Below are positions 9,287 through 21,900 of a stretch of 64,000 nucleotides of DNA, one piece after another. Position 1 is the first letter of the stretch. Each line of letters opens with the position of its first letter. This DNA is from Alphaproteobacteria bacterium (lineage in GTDB: Bacteria > Pseudomonadota > Alphaproteobacteria > UBA2966). The notes under the pieces were generated by a model. The model was not told the origin of the DNA, searched no databases, and worked only from the letters and a program-made list of their open reading frames with translations. Made by a program: the position numbers and the translations under genes. The stretch is from NCBI GenBank assembly GCA_964291395.2, contig OZ219856.1, forward strand, positions 2,016,001 through 2,080,000, written 5' to 3'.

Positions 9287-10477
9287 ATGAAGACCGATCT
9301 GCGCGCGAAGCAGTGGGCGGCGAAGTATCCCGACCTCGGAACCGCCCCGCTGCCGACCGAGCCATATGTTTCGGAAGAATATTTTGCCCTGGAACGCGAC
9401 CGGGTCTTTCAGCAGTGCTGGCTGAACGTCGGGCGCGTCGAGGAGATCCCGAAGGCAGGAGACTACTTCGTGCGGGAGATTGCCATCTGCCGCGCCTCCG
9501 TTCTGGTGATCCGGGGCGCTGACGGTGTCGTGCGCGGCTTTCACAATGTCTGCTCGCACCGCAGCAACAGGCTTGTATTGGATGAGCGTGGGGCATGCGG
9601 GAGAACCCTGCATTGCCGGTTCCACAACTGGACATATGACGACAAGGGCATGCTGATACATGTTCCCGATGAAGAGAATTTCCACAACTTCGACAAGAAG
9701 GATCACGGCCTGACGCCGGTGAACACGGACATCTGGGAAGGCTTCATCTTCATCCACCTCGGCTTCGATCCGGCCGAGTCGCTGCGGGAGTATCTGGGCG
9801 GTGTCGCGGACCGTCTCGACAACTGCCCGTTTCATGAGATGAAGCTGTTCCAGACCTACAGGGTGGAGGAACAGGCCAACTGGAAGGTCGGACTCGATGC
9901 ACAGAACGAACTTTATCATTTCCCCATGCTGCATGGCCGCGCTCTGGGCAACCAGTTTATGGTGAACGGCGAGAGGCAGTGTCGTTATCTGGACGTCACG
10001 TTGTTCAAACGCCACAGCACTTGGTCCTGCGAATACAATCCAGACCAGAAACCGACCCCTCTCACGAAAAAACTCTTCGCATTCGACGGCATAATTCGTT
10101 CGTTCGAGATCCCGCGGATGATCGGCGACATGGATTATTTCACCGTGTTTCCGAACTTCGTCATCCTGCTTTACCGGTTGGGAACTACGGCGGCCTACAT
10201 GACCTACCAGTTTTGGCCGCTGTCCGTCGATCGGACGATCTGGGAAACGAGTATCTATTTCCGGGAGCCCCTGACGATACGGGAGAAGCTCCGGCACGAA
10301 TACTTCAAGCGTATCTCTCTCGACACGCTGCAGGAGGATTCAGCCGCGCACGAGACTGTACAGGCAGGTCTCGCCTCGCGTGCCAAGTCACATGTGGTCC
10401 TGCAGGACAGCGAAATCCCGATCCGCTACTTTCACAAAGTGCTGGAGGATTGTGTCGGGTTTTATCGGCAGGCATAG
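9287..10477 (+). CDS. Rieske non-heme iron oxygenase alpha subunit (start corrected to MKTDL)
   Basis: Rieske CSHR...CRFHNW; mononuclear site NWK...ELYHFPMLH...QED; GGAGG RBS upstream. Confidence 0.92.
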   Translation: MKTDLRAKQWAAKYPDLGTAPLPTEPYVSEEYFALERDRVFQQCWLNVGRVEEIPKAGDYFVREIAICRASVLVIRGADGVVRGFHNVCSHRSNRLVLDERGACGRTLHCRFHNWTYDDKGMLIHVPDEENFHNFDKKDHGLTPVNTDIWEGFIFIHLGFDPAESLREYLGGVADRLDNCPFHEMKLFQTYRVEEQANWKVGLDAQNELYHFPMLHGRALGNQFMVNGERQCRYLDVTLFKRHSTWSCEYNPDQKPTPLTKKLFAFDGIIRSFEIPRMIGDMDYFTVFPNFVILLYRLGTTAAYMTYQFWPLSVDRTIWETSIYFREPLTIREKLRHEYFKRISLDTLQEDSAAHETVQAGLASRAKSHVVLQDSEIPIRYFHKVLEDCVGFYRQA

Positions 10478-10494
10478 GCGTCGCCGCGACACAA

Positions 10495-10818
10495 TCAGTC
10501 TTGCGGGACGAAACGCAGCGGATCGCAGGCATCGACCGCCTCGCGACGCTTGTAAAGTTCGACCAGGGTGGAAACTTCCACTAGCGACAAAGACATGAGG
10601 TAGAGCCGATGCGCCGGCGCTGGCATGACCGCGCCGAAATAATCCTCCAAGTACCCAATTATTTCGTCCAGCCTCGACACCATCGCGTCGTAGAATGCAC
10701 GGATCTCGTCCATCGAGGACTCGGCCTTCTTCTCAGTTCTGGCGCGTTCCGGTTCCAGCGCCCAGTCCAGAAACGGCACCAGCTCCTCGAAAGGCTCCGG
10801 CAGCATGGGTTCGACCAT
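10495..10818 (-). CDS. Conserved small helical hypothetical protein of a type often found beside Rieske oxygenases
   Basis: LPEPFEELVPFLDWAL..E..R...SSMDEIRAFYDA pattern; GGAGAG RBS; directly downstream of the ThDP gene. Confidence 0.75.
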   Translation of the reverse strand: MVEPMLPEPFEELVPFLDWALEPERARTEKKAESSMDEIRAFYDAMVSRLDEIIGYLEDYFGAVMPAPAHRLYLMSLSLVEVSTLVELYKRREAVDACDPLRFVPQD

Positions 10819-10844
10819 CGTCGTTCGCTCTCCTGTTTTCCCGG

Positions 10845-12509
10845 CTACACCTTGCCCTCAATGGCAACTTCGATCAGGTGGGGGGCGTCCGAAGCGAGCG
10901 CGCCGCGCACCGCGTCCGCAAGCTCGTCCGGCTCCGCGACACGGGTTCCCGCGACGCCCATGCCCGCGGCCATCTCGAGGAAGCCTAACGGAGGATCAAC
11001 TAGGTCCATCCCGTGGTATGGCAGGTTGGAAGCCACGCCGAAGCGTCGCCGGTAGATGTCGAGATTGTGCTTGAGAATCCGGTATTCGCGATTGGCGAGG
11101 ATAACGAAAAGGATTGGCAGCCGGTGATGCGCCGCCGTCCACAATGCCTGAATGCTGTACATCGCCGACCCGTCGCCGGAGATACAAAACACCGATCGCT
11201 CCGGACAGGCGAGCTTGACGCCGAGGGCGCCGGCGATACCCTGACCGATCCCGCCGCCGCGGCCTCCGAAATAATAGCCGGGGCCGCGAAAGTCGAACGC
11301 ACGCGGGATCTCGCGACTGCCGGTGATCGCTTCCTCTACGATCACGGTCTCCTCTGGCGCCACGGCCGCCAGCGTCTCCAACGCGAGCGCGACCGGCATC
11401 GGCCGCCGTTCCCGCCCCATTTCTAGGAGCGCGCGCCGGGATTTCCGTTCCTTTTCCCGAAGTACCGCGAAGCTCTCGTTACGGTTGTCGGCGGCGGCGG
11501 CGAATGCGGCCGGGCGGTCTGACAGCACCAGCTCGGAGACCGCTTCCAAAGCGGGCCCGAGGCCGGCAATCAGGCCGGTTGCGAGCCCGCAATTGCGGGC
11601 GAGGCGTTCCGCCACCTCCTCGATTTGAACCACCGCCGCACCGGACGGGAACGGCCCGGTGGGCGCGTACCAGACCTCCTCGAAGAAGGGACCGCCCACC
11701 AACAGAACTAGGTCGGCGTCGCCCAGGCTCTGCGCAATGCTCGCCGCATCGGAGGAGAGGCGGCCCCGGAAGTTGGGATGTGCGTTCGGAATCGGCTGGT
11801 GCTGATGGACGAACTCGGCCCAGATCTTCGCGCCGGTCGCCTCCGCAAGCTTCAAGACGGCATCGCCCGCACCCGCCCGCGCGACGTCGTCCCCGATCAC
11901 GATCGCGGGTTCGGCGGCGGCCAGGAGTTGCCGGGCGATGTCGCGGACGCCCTCAGGGTCCGGCGCGGGGGCGCGGTAGAGTCTGCCTGAGCCGACGGCG
12001 GCGATATCGGTCTGCTGCTCCATCACATCGATCGGTAGGGAGACGAAAACCGGGCCCGAAGGGGGATCGTGGGCGGTCTTGAAGGCGCGCCGGATGATCG
12101 GGGCGATCTCGTCAGCGGTTTCGGCCTGGACGCTCCATTTCACCACGGGTGCCGCCATGGCCACTAGATCGTGGCCGAGGAGCGGGTCGCGCAGCCGAAG
12201 GCGGGTGTCCTGCTGTCCTGCCGTAAGCACCATCGGCGAGTTGGCGCGCAGCGCGCCGTAGATCATGCCGATGGCGTTGCCGAGGCCGGGTGCCACGTGG
12301 AGGTTGACCACCCCGGTGCCGCCACCGGCTTGGGCGTAGTAGCTCGCGGCGCCGACGGCAACGCCTTCGTGCAGCGCCAGCACGTAGGAGAGCGCCGGGT
12401 ACCGGGCCAAGCTGTCGATCAGCGGGCTCTCCGTGGTGCCGGGATTGCCGAATAGATGCCGCACCCCTTGCGCCAGAAGGCTCTCCATGAAGACGTCGTG
12501 CCCGTGCAT
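10845..12509 (-). CDS. ThDP-dependent enzyme, benzoylformate decarboxylase-like
   Basis: FGNPGTTE, LHE, NLHVAPGLGN, GDGSAMY...ANREY ThDP motif. Confidence 0.9.
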   Translation of the reverse strand: MHGHDVFMESLLAQGVRHLFGNPGTTESPLIDSLARYPALSYVLALHEGVAVGAASYYAQAGGGTGVVNLHVAPGLGNAIGMIYGALRANSPMVLTAGQQDTRLRLRDPLLGHDLVAMAAPVVKWSVQAETADEIAPIIRRAFKTAHDPPSGPVFVSLPIDVMEQQTDIAAVGSGRLYRAPAPDPEGVRDIARQLLAAAEPAIVIGDDVARAGAGDAVLKLAEATGAKIWAEFVHQHQPIPNAHPNFRGRLSSDAASIAQSLGDADLVLLVGGPFFEEVWYAPTGPFPSGAAVVQIEEVAERLARNCGLATGLIAGLGPALEAVSELVLSDRPAAFAAAADNRNESFAVLREKERKSRRALLEMGRERRPMPVALALETLAAVAPEETVIVEEAITGSREIPRAFDFRGPGYYFGGRGGGIGQGIAGALGVKLACPERSVFCISGDGSAMYSIQALWTAAHHRLPILFVILANREYRILKHNLDIYRRRFGVASNLPYHGMDLVDPPLGFLEMAAGMGVAGTRVAEPDELADAVRGALASDAPHLIEVAIEGKV

Positions 12510-12916
12510 ATCGCTTGTTCCTGCAGCTCAGATCGCGCTGGACCGTCTTCGATATCCGGCCGAGTCGTGGCTTGCCGCTGGGCTTAACCTCGTGCCGCGG
12601 CAGCATACGACTGCGGCAAGCCACGGCTCGATTTATCGCACAGTCTGGACCGGTTTTCGAGCGGCCACCAGACCAGGGGAAGGAGCACCGCACCAAACGC
12701 CCGCACCATTCAACGCGTCCTTACTGTAAGTCCCGAAGATCGCAAGCCTGGAGACAAAACTGAAGACGTTGAAGAACCGGAACCCTGGTTGTGGATTCGA
12801 ACATGACCATTTTTGGCCCGGTAGAATCCCTGAAGGCATGCCTGCCGAGCGCCTGGGATGTACTCGCCACGCTGCCACCAAATTCTTGCATGTCCGCCAC
12901 CAAAATATGTATGCCA

Positions 12917-12933
12917 GGCAAATCGCATTTGCC
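12917..12933. promoter_or_regulatory. Perfect palindrome GGCAAAT-cgc-ATTTGCC, candidate operator upstream of the PKS
   Basis: 7-bp arms ending about 40 bp before the probable PKS start, in the divergent intergenic region. Confidence 0.35.
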
Positions 12934-12973
12934 CGCAAAGTTGTGGCACTCTCTCGGTCGGGGAGATAATTCG

Positions 12974-15900
12974 ATGACGGAACCAAGAAGCCCGGACGCC
13001 TACCGGGAGTGTAACGGACCGGGGCTTCCCACCCCACTTGCGCCCATCGCCATCGTCGGCATGGCCTGCCGGTTTCCGGGCGCGGACGGGCTCGCTGCCT
13101 TCTGGCGCATGCTGGAGGCGGGAGAGAGCGGGGTGATCGAAGGGGTGCCCGGCTCGGGCGTTGGCCGCATCGGCGAGCTGTTTCCCGATGACGCGGGGCT
13201 CCGCCCGGCGTGCCGGTTTGGCGCCTATCTCGACGACCTCGACCTGTTCGACGCCGCCTTTTTCCGCATCTCGCCGGTCGAGGCGCAATTGCTCGATCCC
13301 CAGCAGCGGATGATGCTGGAGACGTGCTGGCGCGCGCTGGAAGACGCCGGCATGGATCCCGACAGCCTGAACGGCAGCCGCACCGGGGTCTATGCTGGGA
13401 TCAGCAACAACGAATATCGCGGGCTGATCCTGGAGACCGCCTCTCCGGACGAGCCCGCCGTCAGCCTCTATTCCGTCACCGGCACCTCCTTCAACACGGC
13501 CATCGGCCGGGTCGCCTTTGCGCTCGGGCTGGAAGGCCCGGCGCTGGCGCTGGATACCGCCTGCTCGTCCTCGCTGGTTGCGATTCATCAAGCGGTGACT
13601 GGCCTGCAGCGCGGCGAGGCGGATCTGGCGCTGGCCGGCGGCGTCCACGCGATTCTCTCGGGTCGTCTGCTGGCGATGCGCGCCAATGCCGGAATGCTGT
13701 CGCCGGACGGACGCTGCGCGACCTTCGATGCGGCTGCGAACGGATACGTGCGCGGCGAGGGCTGCGGGATCGTGGTGCTCAAGCGCCTCGCCCAGGCGGA
13801 GGCCGACGGCGACCGGATCTGGGCCGTGATCCGCAGCACCGCGCTGAACCAAGACGGGGCCAGCCCCGGATTGACCGTGCCGAGCGGACCCGCACAGGAA
13901 AAGGTCATCGAGGCCGCACTGCAGCAGGCCGGGCTCGAACCCGCCGAGGTCGATTACGTCGAAGCGCACGGGACGGGCACGGAGGTCGGCGACCCGATCG
14001 AAGCCGAGGCGACCGGCACGGCATACGGGCGCGGGCGCACCGAGGGGCAGCCCCTCCTGATCGGCTCGGTCAAGACCAATATCGGCCATCTCGAAGCGGC
14101 GGCAGGAGTCGCAGGCGTGATCAAGACCGTGCTGGCCATGAAACGGGGGGTCATCCCCAGGCATCTCCACTTCCAGGAACCGAGCCCGGAAATCGATTGG
14201 GAGCGGCTGCCCCTGAAGGTAACGGCGACGCCTACCGACTGGCCGCGCGCAACCGATCGTCCCCCGCGCGCGGGGATCAGCGGCTTCGGCTGGTCCGGCA
14301 CCAACGCCCATGTCGTGCTGGAGGGGTACGGGGAAAGCGAAGGCGCCGACGCCGAGGGCCCGGAACACTGGACCACCGGATTACCCCGGTCCGTCCCCGT
14401 CTCCCAACCGGCTTCCGTCCTCCAAGCCGCGCCGGCGGCGGAGACCATCGTGCCGCGCGGCACACGGTTCCTGCCGCTCTCGGGCAGGTCGGAAGGGGCC
14501 CTTCGGGAGCTCGCGAACAAGTACCTGTCCTGGCTCGACGAACGCACCGGCGACAACAGCGCAGAAATGCTCGCCGACATGGCGTGGACGGCCGCCGTCG
14601 GGCGCAGCCATTTCGGCCACCGGGCGGGCGTGGTGTTCCGGGACGCCGACTCCCTGCGCGATGCCCTGCGGGCGCTGGAGGAAGCGGACGGGACCGTGGC
14701 GCCGCGGGCGGCGAAAAGGGTCGCATTCGCCTTTACCGGACAGGCCAGCCAATGGCCCGGCATGGGCGAGGCGCTTTACGCGAGCGAGCCGGTTGTCCGA
14801 GCGGTACTCGACCGTTGCGACACGGTGCTTGCCGAGAGCCGCGGGGACTCGCTGCTCGACGTGATGTTCGGCCGGCCGGAGGCCGCGGGCGACCTGGACG
14901 ATCCGCAGTGGAAGCAGCCGGCGATCTACGCGCTGGAGTGCGCGCTCGTCGAGCTTTGGGCGAGCGTCGGCGTGCGGCCCGACGTCGTGGTCGGGCACAG
15001 CCTGGGCGAAATCGCTGCGGCGTACACCGCCGACGTGTTCGGCCTGGAAGAGGGGCTGCGCTTCGCGGCCGCCCGGGGCGGGCTGATCGGCGCGCTTCCC
15101 GGCGAGGGAGCGATGGCGGCGGTCTTCGCGCCGGAATCCCGCGTCGCGGCGGCGCTGGAGGAGCACAACGCGGCCTCCGGGGGGATCGGCCTCTGCATCG
15201 CGGCGGACAACGGCGCGCACCAAGTAATCAGCGGTCCGACTGTGGAGATTGAAGCGATCCTCGAGCGCCTGGAGGCGGAGAGCGTTCGCGTTGCGCGGCT
15301 GCGGAAGAGCCCGGCCTATCACAGCGCGATGGTCGAGCCGGCCCTGGACGACCTGGAAGCCGCGCTTGCCGAAACCGCCTTCGCGCCTCCGTCGATCCCC
15401 TTCGTCAGCAACTTGACCGGCCGCGCGCTGGAAGCGGGCGAGGCACCCGACGCGGCGTATTGGCGGCGGCAGGCACGCGAGCCGGTGGCCTTCCGCGCTT
15501 GCGTCGAAACGCTGGCGGAGCAGGGCGTGGACGCGGTGATCGAGATCGGCCCCCATGCCGTCCTCGGACCGATGGCGGAGATGGCATGGCCGGAGTCCGC
15601 CGGTGCTGCGCCACCGGCGGTTCTCTCCAGCCTGCAACGTCCGGCCAGAGACGAAGAGCCGCCGCCGGCGGGCTCGGGCGGGGGCTTCGTCGAAGCGGTC
15701 GCCGGCGCCTACGAGGCGGGGCTTGCGGTGTCCTTTCCCGGATTCTTCGCGGGCGAGAAGCGCCGCCGGATCGCGCTGCCGGGCTACCCGTTCCAGCGTG
15801 AGCGCTATTGGGTCGAGGGTTCCCGGCGGCAGCGGTCGGGCACGGGGCACCCCTTGCTGGGTACGCGCCACGAGTCCGCGAGCGGGGAGACCGCCTTCGA

Positions 15901-18900
15901 CACGGAGGTCTTCCCTTCGGACCCGGGGTGGCTCAACGATCACCGGGTCTTCGGTCGGCTTATCGCGCCGGGCGCACTTTACGGCGCAATGGCCGCATCG
16001 GCCACCCGCGCCGAAGGAAGCGAAGCGCCGGTCGTCGAGGACTTCCAGATGCAAAGCGCCCTGATCTTCCCCGACGAGGACGCCGAAGAGGGTTCCGCCG
16101 AGCCGGGCCGGCGGATGCAGGTTCTGCTCGACGATACCGAGGACGGCGCATTCCGCCGGGTCCGTGTCCTCAGCCGGGGCGAGGGCGAGGACGGGTGGAC
16201 GCTCCACGCAGAAGGCCGAATCTCGACGGGTGCCGCCGGTTCGCCGCAGGGGGCCTCGCCGCTCGATGTGGAGGGGTTGAAATCCGACCTGTCCCCGGTG
16301 AATCTTGCGGCCTATTACCGCGCCAAGTCCGCCGTGGGGATCGATCTCGGCCCGTCCTTCCGCACGCTGGAGGCGCTCTGGGCGCGCGCCGGCGAGGCGG
16401 TGGCCGAAGTGGCGCTCCCCGCCGGGCGGGGGGACACCCCGCTCGACGTGCATCCGCTGGTGCTCGACGGCTGCTTCCAGACCTTCGCCGCAGCGCGCAA
16501 CCCCGACGGCGGCGAAGAGGGCGTCACCTATCTTCCGTTCGCGTGGGAGCGGCTGTGGCTCACGGGTAGCCTGCCGGAGCGGCTGGTCTGCCATGTGCGC
16601 GTAAGGGAAGGCCCGGAGGGCGCGGCGACGGACGCCGGAAATGGCGAAATGCCGGAGGTGTGGGCCGCGGACCTGCGGCTCTACGACCCCGACGGCGCGC
16701 TCGTCGGAGAGCTGGCCGGGTTCACCGTGAAGCGGGCAACGAGGGCGGCGCTGCTCTCGGCCGTGGAAGGAATAGACGAGCTTCTCTACGAGGTCGTCTG
16801 GCAGGACCGCGCTCTCGCGCCGGGCATCGCGCCCGCCGACTTCCTGACGAGCCCTTCCGAGATATCCGCGACCACGAATCTCTTCCCCGAGTATCTGGCG
16901 AGCGTGGACGTCGACGCCGCCGACAGGGCGGCATTGCTGGCCGATCTGGAGCAACTGTCCGAAGCTTATGCGCTCGCCACGTTGGACAGGCTGGGCTGGA
17001 AGCGAGTGGCAGGTGAGAAGGTGGAATCCGCCGAGCTGCGGGAGAGCCTGAACGTCGGGGTGGAGCACGAGCGGCTGTTCCGGCGAATGCTGGAGATGCA
17101 GGCCCGCGCCGGGGTGCTGGAGCAGGCTGGAGACGGCTTCGTCGTCACCGTCGCGTCCGGCGAGCCCCTGCCGGAGGGGTTGGTGGACGACCCCGATGCA
17201 TGGGCGGGCGAGATGGCCGTGCGGTATGCGCACGGAACGACCGAGATCGGCCTGTTCCGGCGCAGCGCCGATGCCCTGGCCGATGTGCTTCAAGGCCGCA
17301 TGGACCCGTTGACGCTGCTCTTCAGCAGCGGCGAGCCTACCGCGGCCGATCTCTATCTGAAGGCGCCGGTGGCGCGGGCGGCGAACCGGCTGCTGGCAGA
17401 TGCGGTCGCGGCGCTCCTGGCCGAATTGCCGGAAGGCCGCAAGTTGCGCGTCCTCGAGGTGGGTGCCGGCACCGGCTCGGCGACCGCTGCCGTTCTCCCC
17501 GAGCTGCCGGAGGGACGCTACGACTACACCTATACGGACATCTCCGCCGGCTTCTTCGCGGAGGCGGAGTCGCGCTTCGGCGGTGCCGAGGCGGCGATCG
17601 ACTACCGCGTGCTGGATATCGAGAAGGACCCGGTGGAGCAGGGATTCGATCGTCACGGCTACGACCTAGTGATCGCGTCCAATGTGCTGCACGCCACGCG
17701 CTACCTGAACGAAACGCTGGCGCACTGCCTCGAGGTGCTTGCCCCGTCGGGCCAGTTGGTCGCGCTTGAGAACCTGCGTGGCCAGGGCTGGCTCGACCTG
17801 ACCTTCGGCCAACTGGACGGCTGGTGGCGTTTCGCCGACGAATACCGCCCGCATCATGCGCTCGCCACCCCCGCCGTCTGGCGGCAGGCCCTCGGCGACG
17901 CGGGCTTCGAGGACATCGCGATCCTGGGATTCGACGAGTCCGACCCGAACGCCAACCCGGACCGAGGCGTGATCGCGGCGCAGGGACCGTCGGACGTGAC
18001 CGAGGCGCCCGGCGCGTGGGTAGTGGCCGCCGACCGGGGCGGCGTGGCAGCCGAACTGGCGGCGGAACTCGCGGCGCAAAACCAGATGGTCGTGCTTGCC
18101 GGCGCGGAGGCAGGCCCGGACGTGCCTTCGGTGCCCGCCGGCGCCGGCATCGTCGAGGCGTTCGTGGAAACGACACGGCGCGAGTCCTGGAAGTCCCTGC
18201 TCGAAGACCTGCCCACCGACCTGCCGCTTGCCGGAATCGCGCACCTCGTCGGACTCGGCGGCCACGGCGCACAGGCGACGACGGAAGAAATGGCCGAGGA
18301 TGCCCGACACGCGACGGCGAGCGCGCTGGCGCTGACACAGGCGCTGATGGAAAGTGACCTGACCCTGTCGAAAGGCCTCTGGTTCGTGACGCGGGGCGCG
18401 CAGGTGCTGGAGCGCGAGCGCGGCGGGCAATTGGCCGGCGCCGCCCTCTGGGGATTCGGCAAGGTGGCAGCCCGGGAAGCGCCCCGGCTGCAACCGAGGA
18501 TGCTGGATCTCGATCCCGCCGATGCGGAGCTTCCGCCGGATCTGGCAGACGAGTTTCTCCATCCGGACGCCGAAACCCATATCGCCCATCGCTTCGGCCG
18601 CCGCCGGGGCGCGCGGCTGATCCGCGCCGCTGCGGTCGCGGACCGGCTGACCCTGCCGGAGGAGCCCGGCTGGGAGCTGGAGCCCGATGCCGGCGGTTCC
18701 CTCGACGCGATCGGGGTGATGTCCATGCCGGAGCGTCGGTTGGAGCAGGGGGAAGTCCGGGCCGCGGTCGAGTCCTTCGGGCTTAACTTCCGAGACGTGT
18801 TCATCGCCATCGGCGTCGTCGACGACGTCATGGGCGGGGAGTTCTGCGGGCGAGTGCTCGAAGTTGGGGAAGGTGTCACCAGCGTCGCCGTGGGAGACCG

Positions 18901-21900
18901 CGTCGTCGGCATGACGTTCCGCAATTTCGGTTCGGAGACGGTGACCCTGGAAAAGATGATCGTGCCCGCGCCGCCCGGCTTCTCGGTCACGGAGCTTGCG
19001 ACGATCCCGACGGCGTTCGTCTCGGCGGCGCTGTCGTTCGAGCTCTCGGGGCTGAACGCCGGCGACCGCGTGCTGATCCACGCCGGCGCCGGCGGGGTCG
19101 GGCTCGCGGCGGTCCAGCTTGCCCAGGCGGCGGGCGCGGAAGTCTTCGCCACGGCGAGCGCGCGCAAGCGCGACTATCTCCGCTCGCTCGGCGTGAAGCA
19201 CGTGTCCGACAGCCGCACGACGGCGTTCGGCCAGGAAATACTCGACGCCACCGGCGGCGCCGGGGTTGACATGGTGCTGAACAGCCTGACCGGCGAGGGC
19301 TTCATCGAGGCGAGCCTTTCATGCCTGGCCCACGGCGGCCGCTTCGTGGAGATGGGCCGGGTCGACATCCTGAGTGAGGACGAGATGGCGGCGGCGCGGC
19401 CCGACGTCACTTACGCCATCCTCAAGATCGACGTCCTCAAAGAGGAAGAGCCCGCGCGGGCCGGGGAGATCCTGCGGCGGGTGATGGAGCGGCTCGCGGC
19501 CGGCGAGCTGACCCCGCTCGTCCACGCCCGATGGCCCGTCGCCGAAGCGGGATCCGCGATGAAGTGCATGCAGGGCGCGCGGCACATCGGCAAGATCGTC
19601 TTTACCAACTCGCCGCTCGCCAGGGGAACCTTACGCGAGGACCGGACCTATCTGGTGACCGGCGGGCTCGGCGGCATCGGCTGCGCAGTGGCCGGCTGGC
19701 TGGCGGATCGCGGCGCCGGCGTCATCGTGCTCAACGGCCGGCGGCCACCGGATCCCGAGGTCGCGGAGGCGATCGAGGCGCTGCGCAGGCGCGGAGCCAC
19801 CGTTCAAGTGGAGCTCGCGGATGTGACCGAGTCCGAGGCGGTGGACGCCATGCTGAAGCGGATGGACGCCGATCTTCCGCCGCTTGGCGGCGTGATCCAC
19901 AGCGTCGGCGTGCTGTCCGACGCCGCAATCGGCAATCAGAATTGGGAAAACTTCGAAGCGGTGCTGTGGCCCAAGGTCCTGGGGGCCTGGCACCTGCACA
20001 GGGCGACCGTCGGACGCGATCTCGACCTGTTCGTTCTCTTCTCGAGCGTCGCTGGCGTCCTCGGCAATCCGGGCCAGGCCAACCACGCGGCTGCCAACGC
20101 CTTCCTCGACCAGCTCGCCGCCCATCGCCGCGCGCTCGGACTCGCCGGCCAGTCCATCGCCTGGGGCGCGTGGTCGGAGATCGGCGAGGCCGAGGAGCAG
20201 CGCGAGCGGATGACCCGGCGCTCCGCGTCAGGCGGGATCGAGTGGATCACCCCGCAGCAGGGCCTCAGGGCCTTCGACCGGCTGGTGCGCGAGGACGCCA
20301 CGACAGGCGTGGTGCTGGCACGGGACTGGGAGGCGTTCGGCGAATCCCTCGAGAGCCGCCCGCCGTTTCTGGAAGACCTTCTGTCCGACGGCCAGGACAA
20401 GGCTGCGGACGACGCACCGGCCGACGACCTGCTCACCCGCCTGCGGGAGGCACCCGCGGCGACGCGCGGGGAGGTGCTCGCGGCGTTCCTGCAAGGGGAG
20501 GTCAAGGCCGTGCTGAGACTGCCGACCTCGCCCTCGCCCACAGTCGGATTCTTCGATCTGGGCATGGATTCCCTGATGGCGGTGGAGCTGCGCAACCGCC
20601 TGAACCGCGCCTTCGTAGGCGCCTACACGGCGTCCAATACCGTGGTGTTCGACTACCCCGACATCGCCGCGCTCTCCGCCCACCTGGTGGATGAAACTGC
20701 CGAGGTCGTCGGCGCGGACGCGCCCGCGACGACGCCGGAACCCGAGACGCCCCCGGAGCCGGCGACCCGGCCGGCGGCGCGACGCGACGACAGCACCGAC
20801 CCCGACGCCGTCGCCATCGTGGGCATGGCGTGCCGGTTCCCGGGCGCGCCGGACTTGCCGGCATTCTGGAATCTACTCGATTCCGGCGCGGATGCGGTGG
20901 CGGACGAGCGCCGGGAGGCTGGCCCCTGGAGCGATTTCGTGGACAACCTGCCCACGCCGTACGCCGCCTATGGCAGGGCCGGGTTCGTCGACGGAATCGA
21001 TATGTTCGATGCGCGGTTCTTCGAAATCTCGCCGATCGAGGCCCGGCTGATGGACCCCCAGCAACGCATGCTGCTGGAGACGACCTGGCAGGCGCTGGAA
21101 GACGCAGGAATCGATCCCGACAGACTGAAGGGAAGCAACACCGGCGTCTATGCCGGTATCGCCTCCAGCGAATACCGCGACCTGATGAAGACCGGCGATT
21201 ACGGAATCGGCTATCTGAGTACCGCCGCGAGCATGGCGGTCGGGCGGCTCTCCTACCGCTTCGGCCTGGCGGGGCCGACCATGCCGGTGGAACTGAACTG
21301 CGCTTCTTCGCTGGTTGCGGTTCACCAGGCCGTCACGGGCCTGCGCACGCGCGAGGCGGACCTTGCCCTTGTCGGCGGCGTGAGCGCCGTGCTCTCGGCT
21401 CCGGTCACCAGGGAAATGGCGGATCTGGGGCTCCTGTCGCGGGGCGGCGTGTGCAGAACGTTCGACGCCGAGGCGGACGGCTTCGTGCGCGGCGAGGGCT
21501 GCGGGATGGTCGTTCTCAAGCGTCTCTCCGACGCGGAGGCCGACGGCGACCGCATCTGGGCGGTGATCCGCGGCTCGGCGGTAAACCAGAACGGGGCGAG
21601 CGCCGGGGCCACGGTTCCGAACGGCCCCGCACAGGAACGGGTGATCGAACAAGCCCTTTCGCGGACCGGCTTCGCCCCCTCGGAGGTGGACTACCTGGAG
21701 GCGCACGGCGCTGGATCGGCGTTCGGCGATCCGATCGAGGTGCAAGCGGCGGCGGCGGTCTACGGCCAGGACAGGGTCGAGGACCGCCCGCTGTTGATCG
21801 GCTCGGTGAAAACCAATATCGGGCATCTTGAATCCGCGGCCGGGGTCGCCAGCCTCATCAAAACGGTGCTGGCGATGAGCCGGGGGACGATCCCCAGGAC

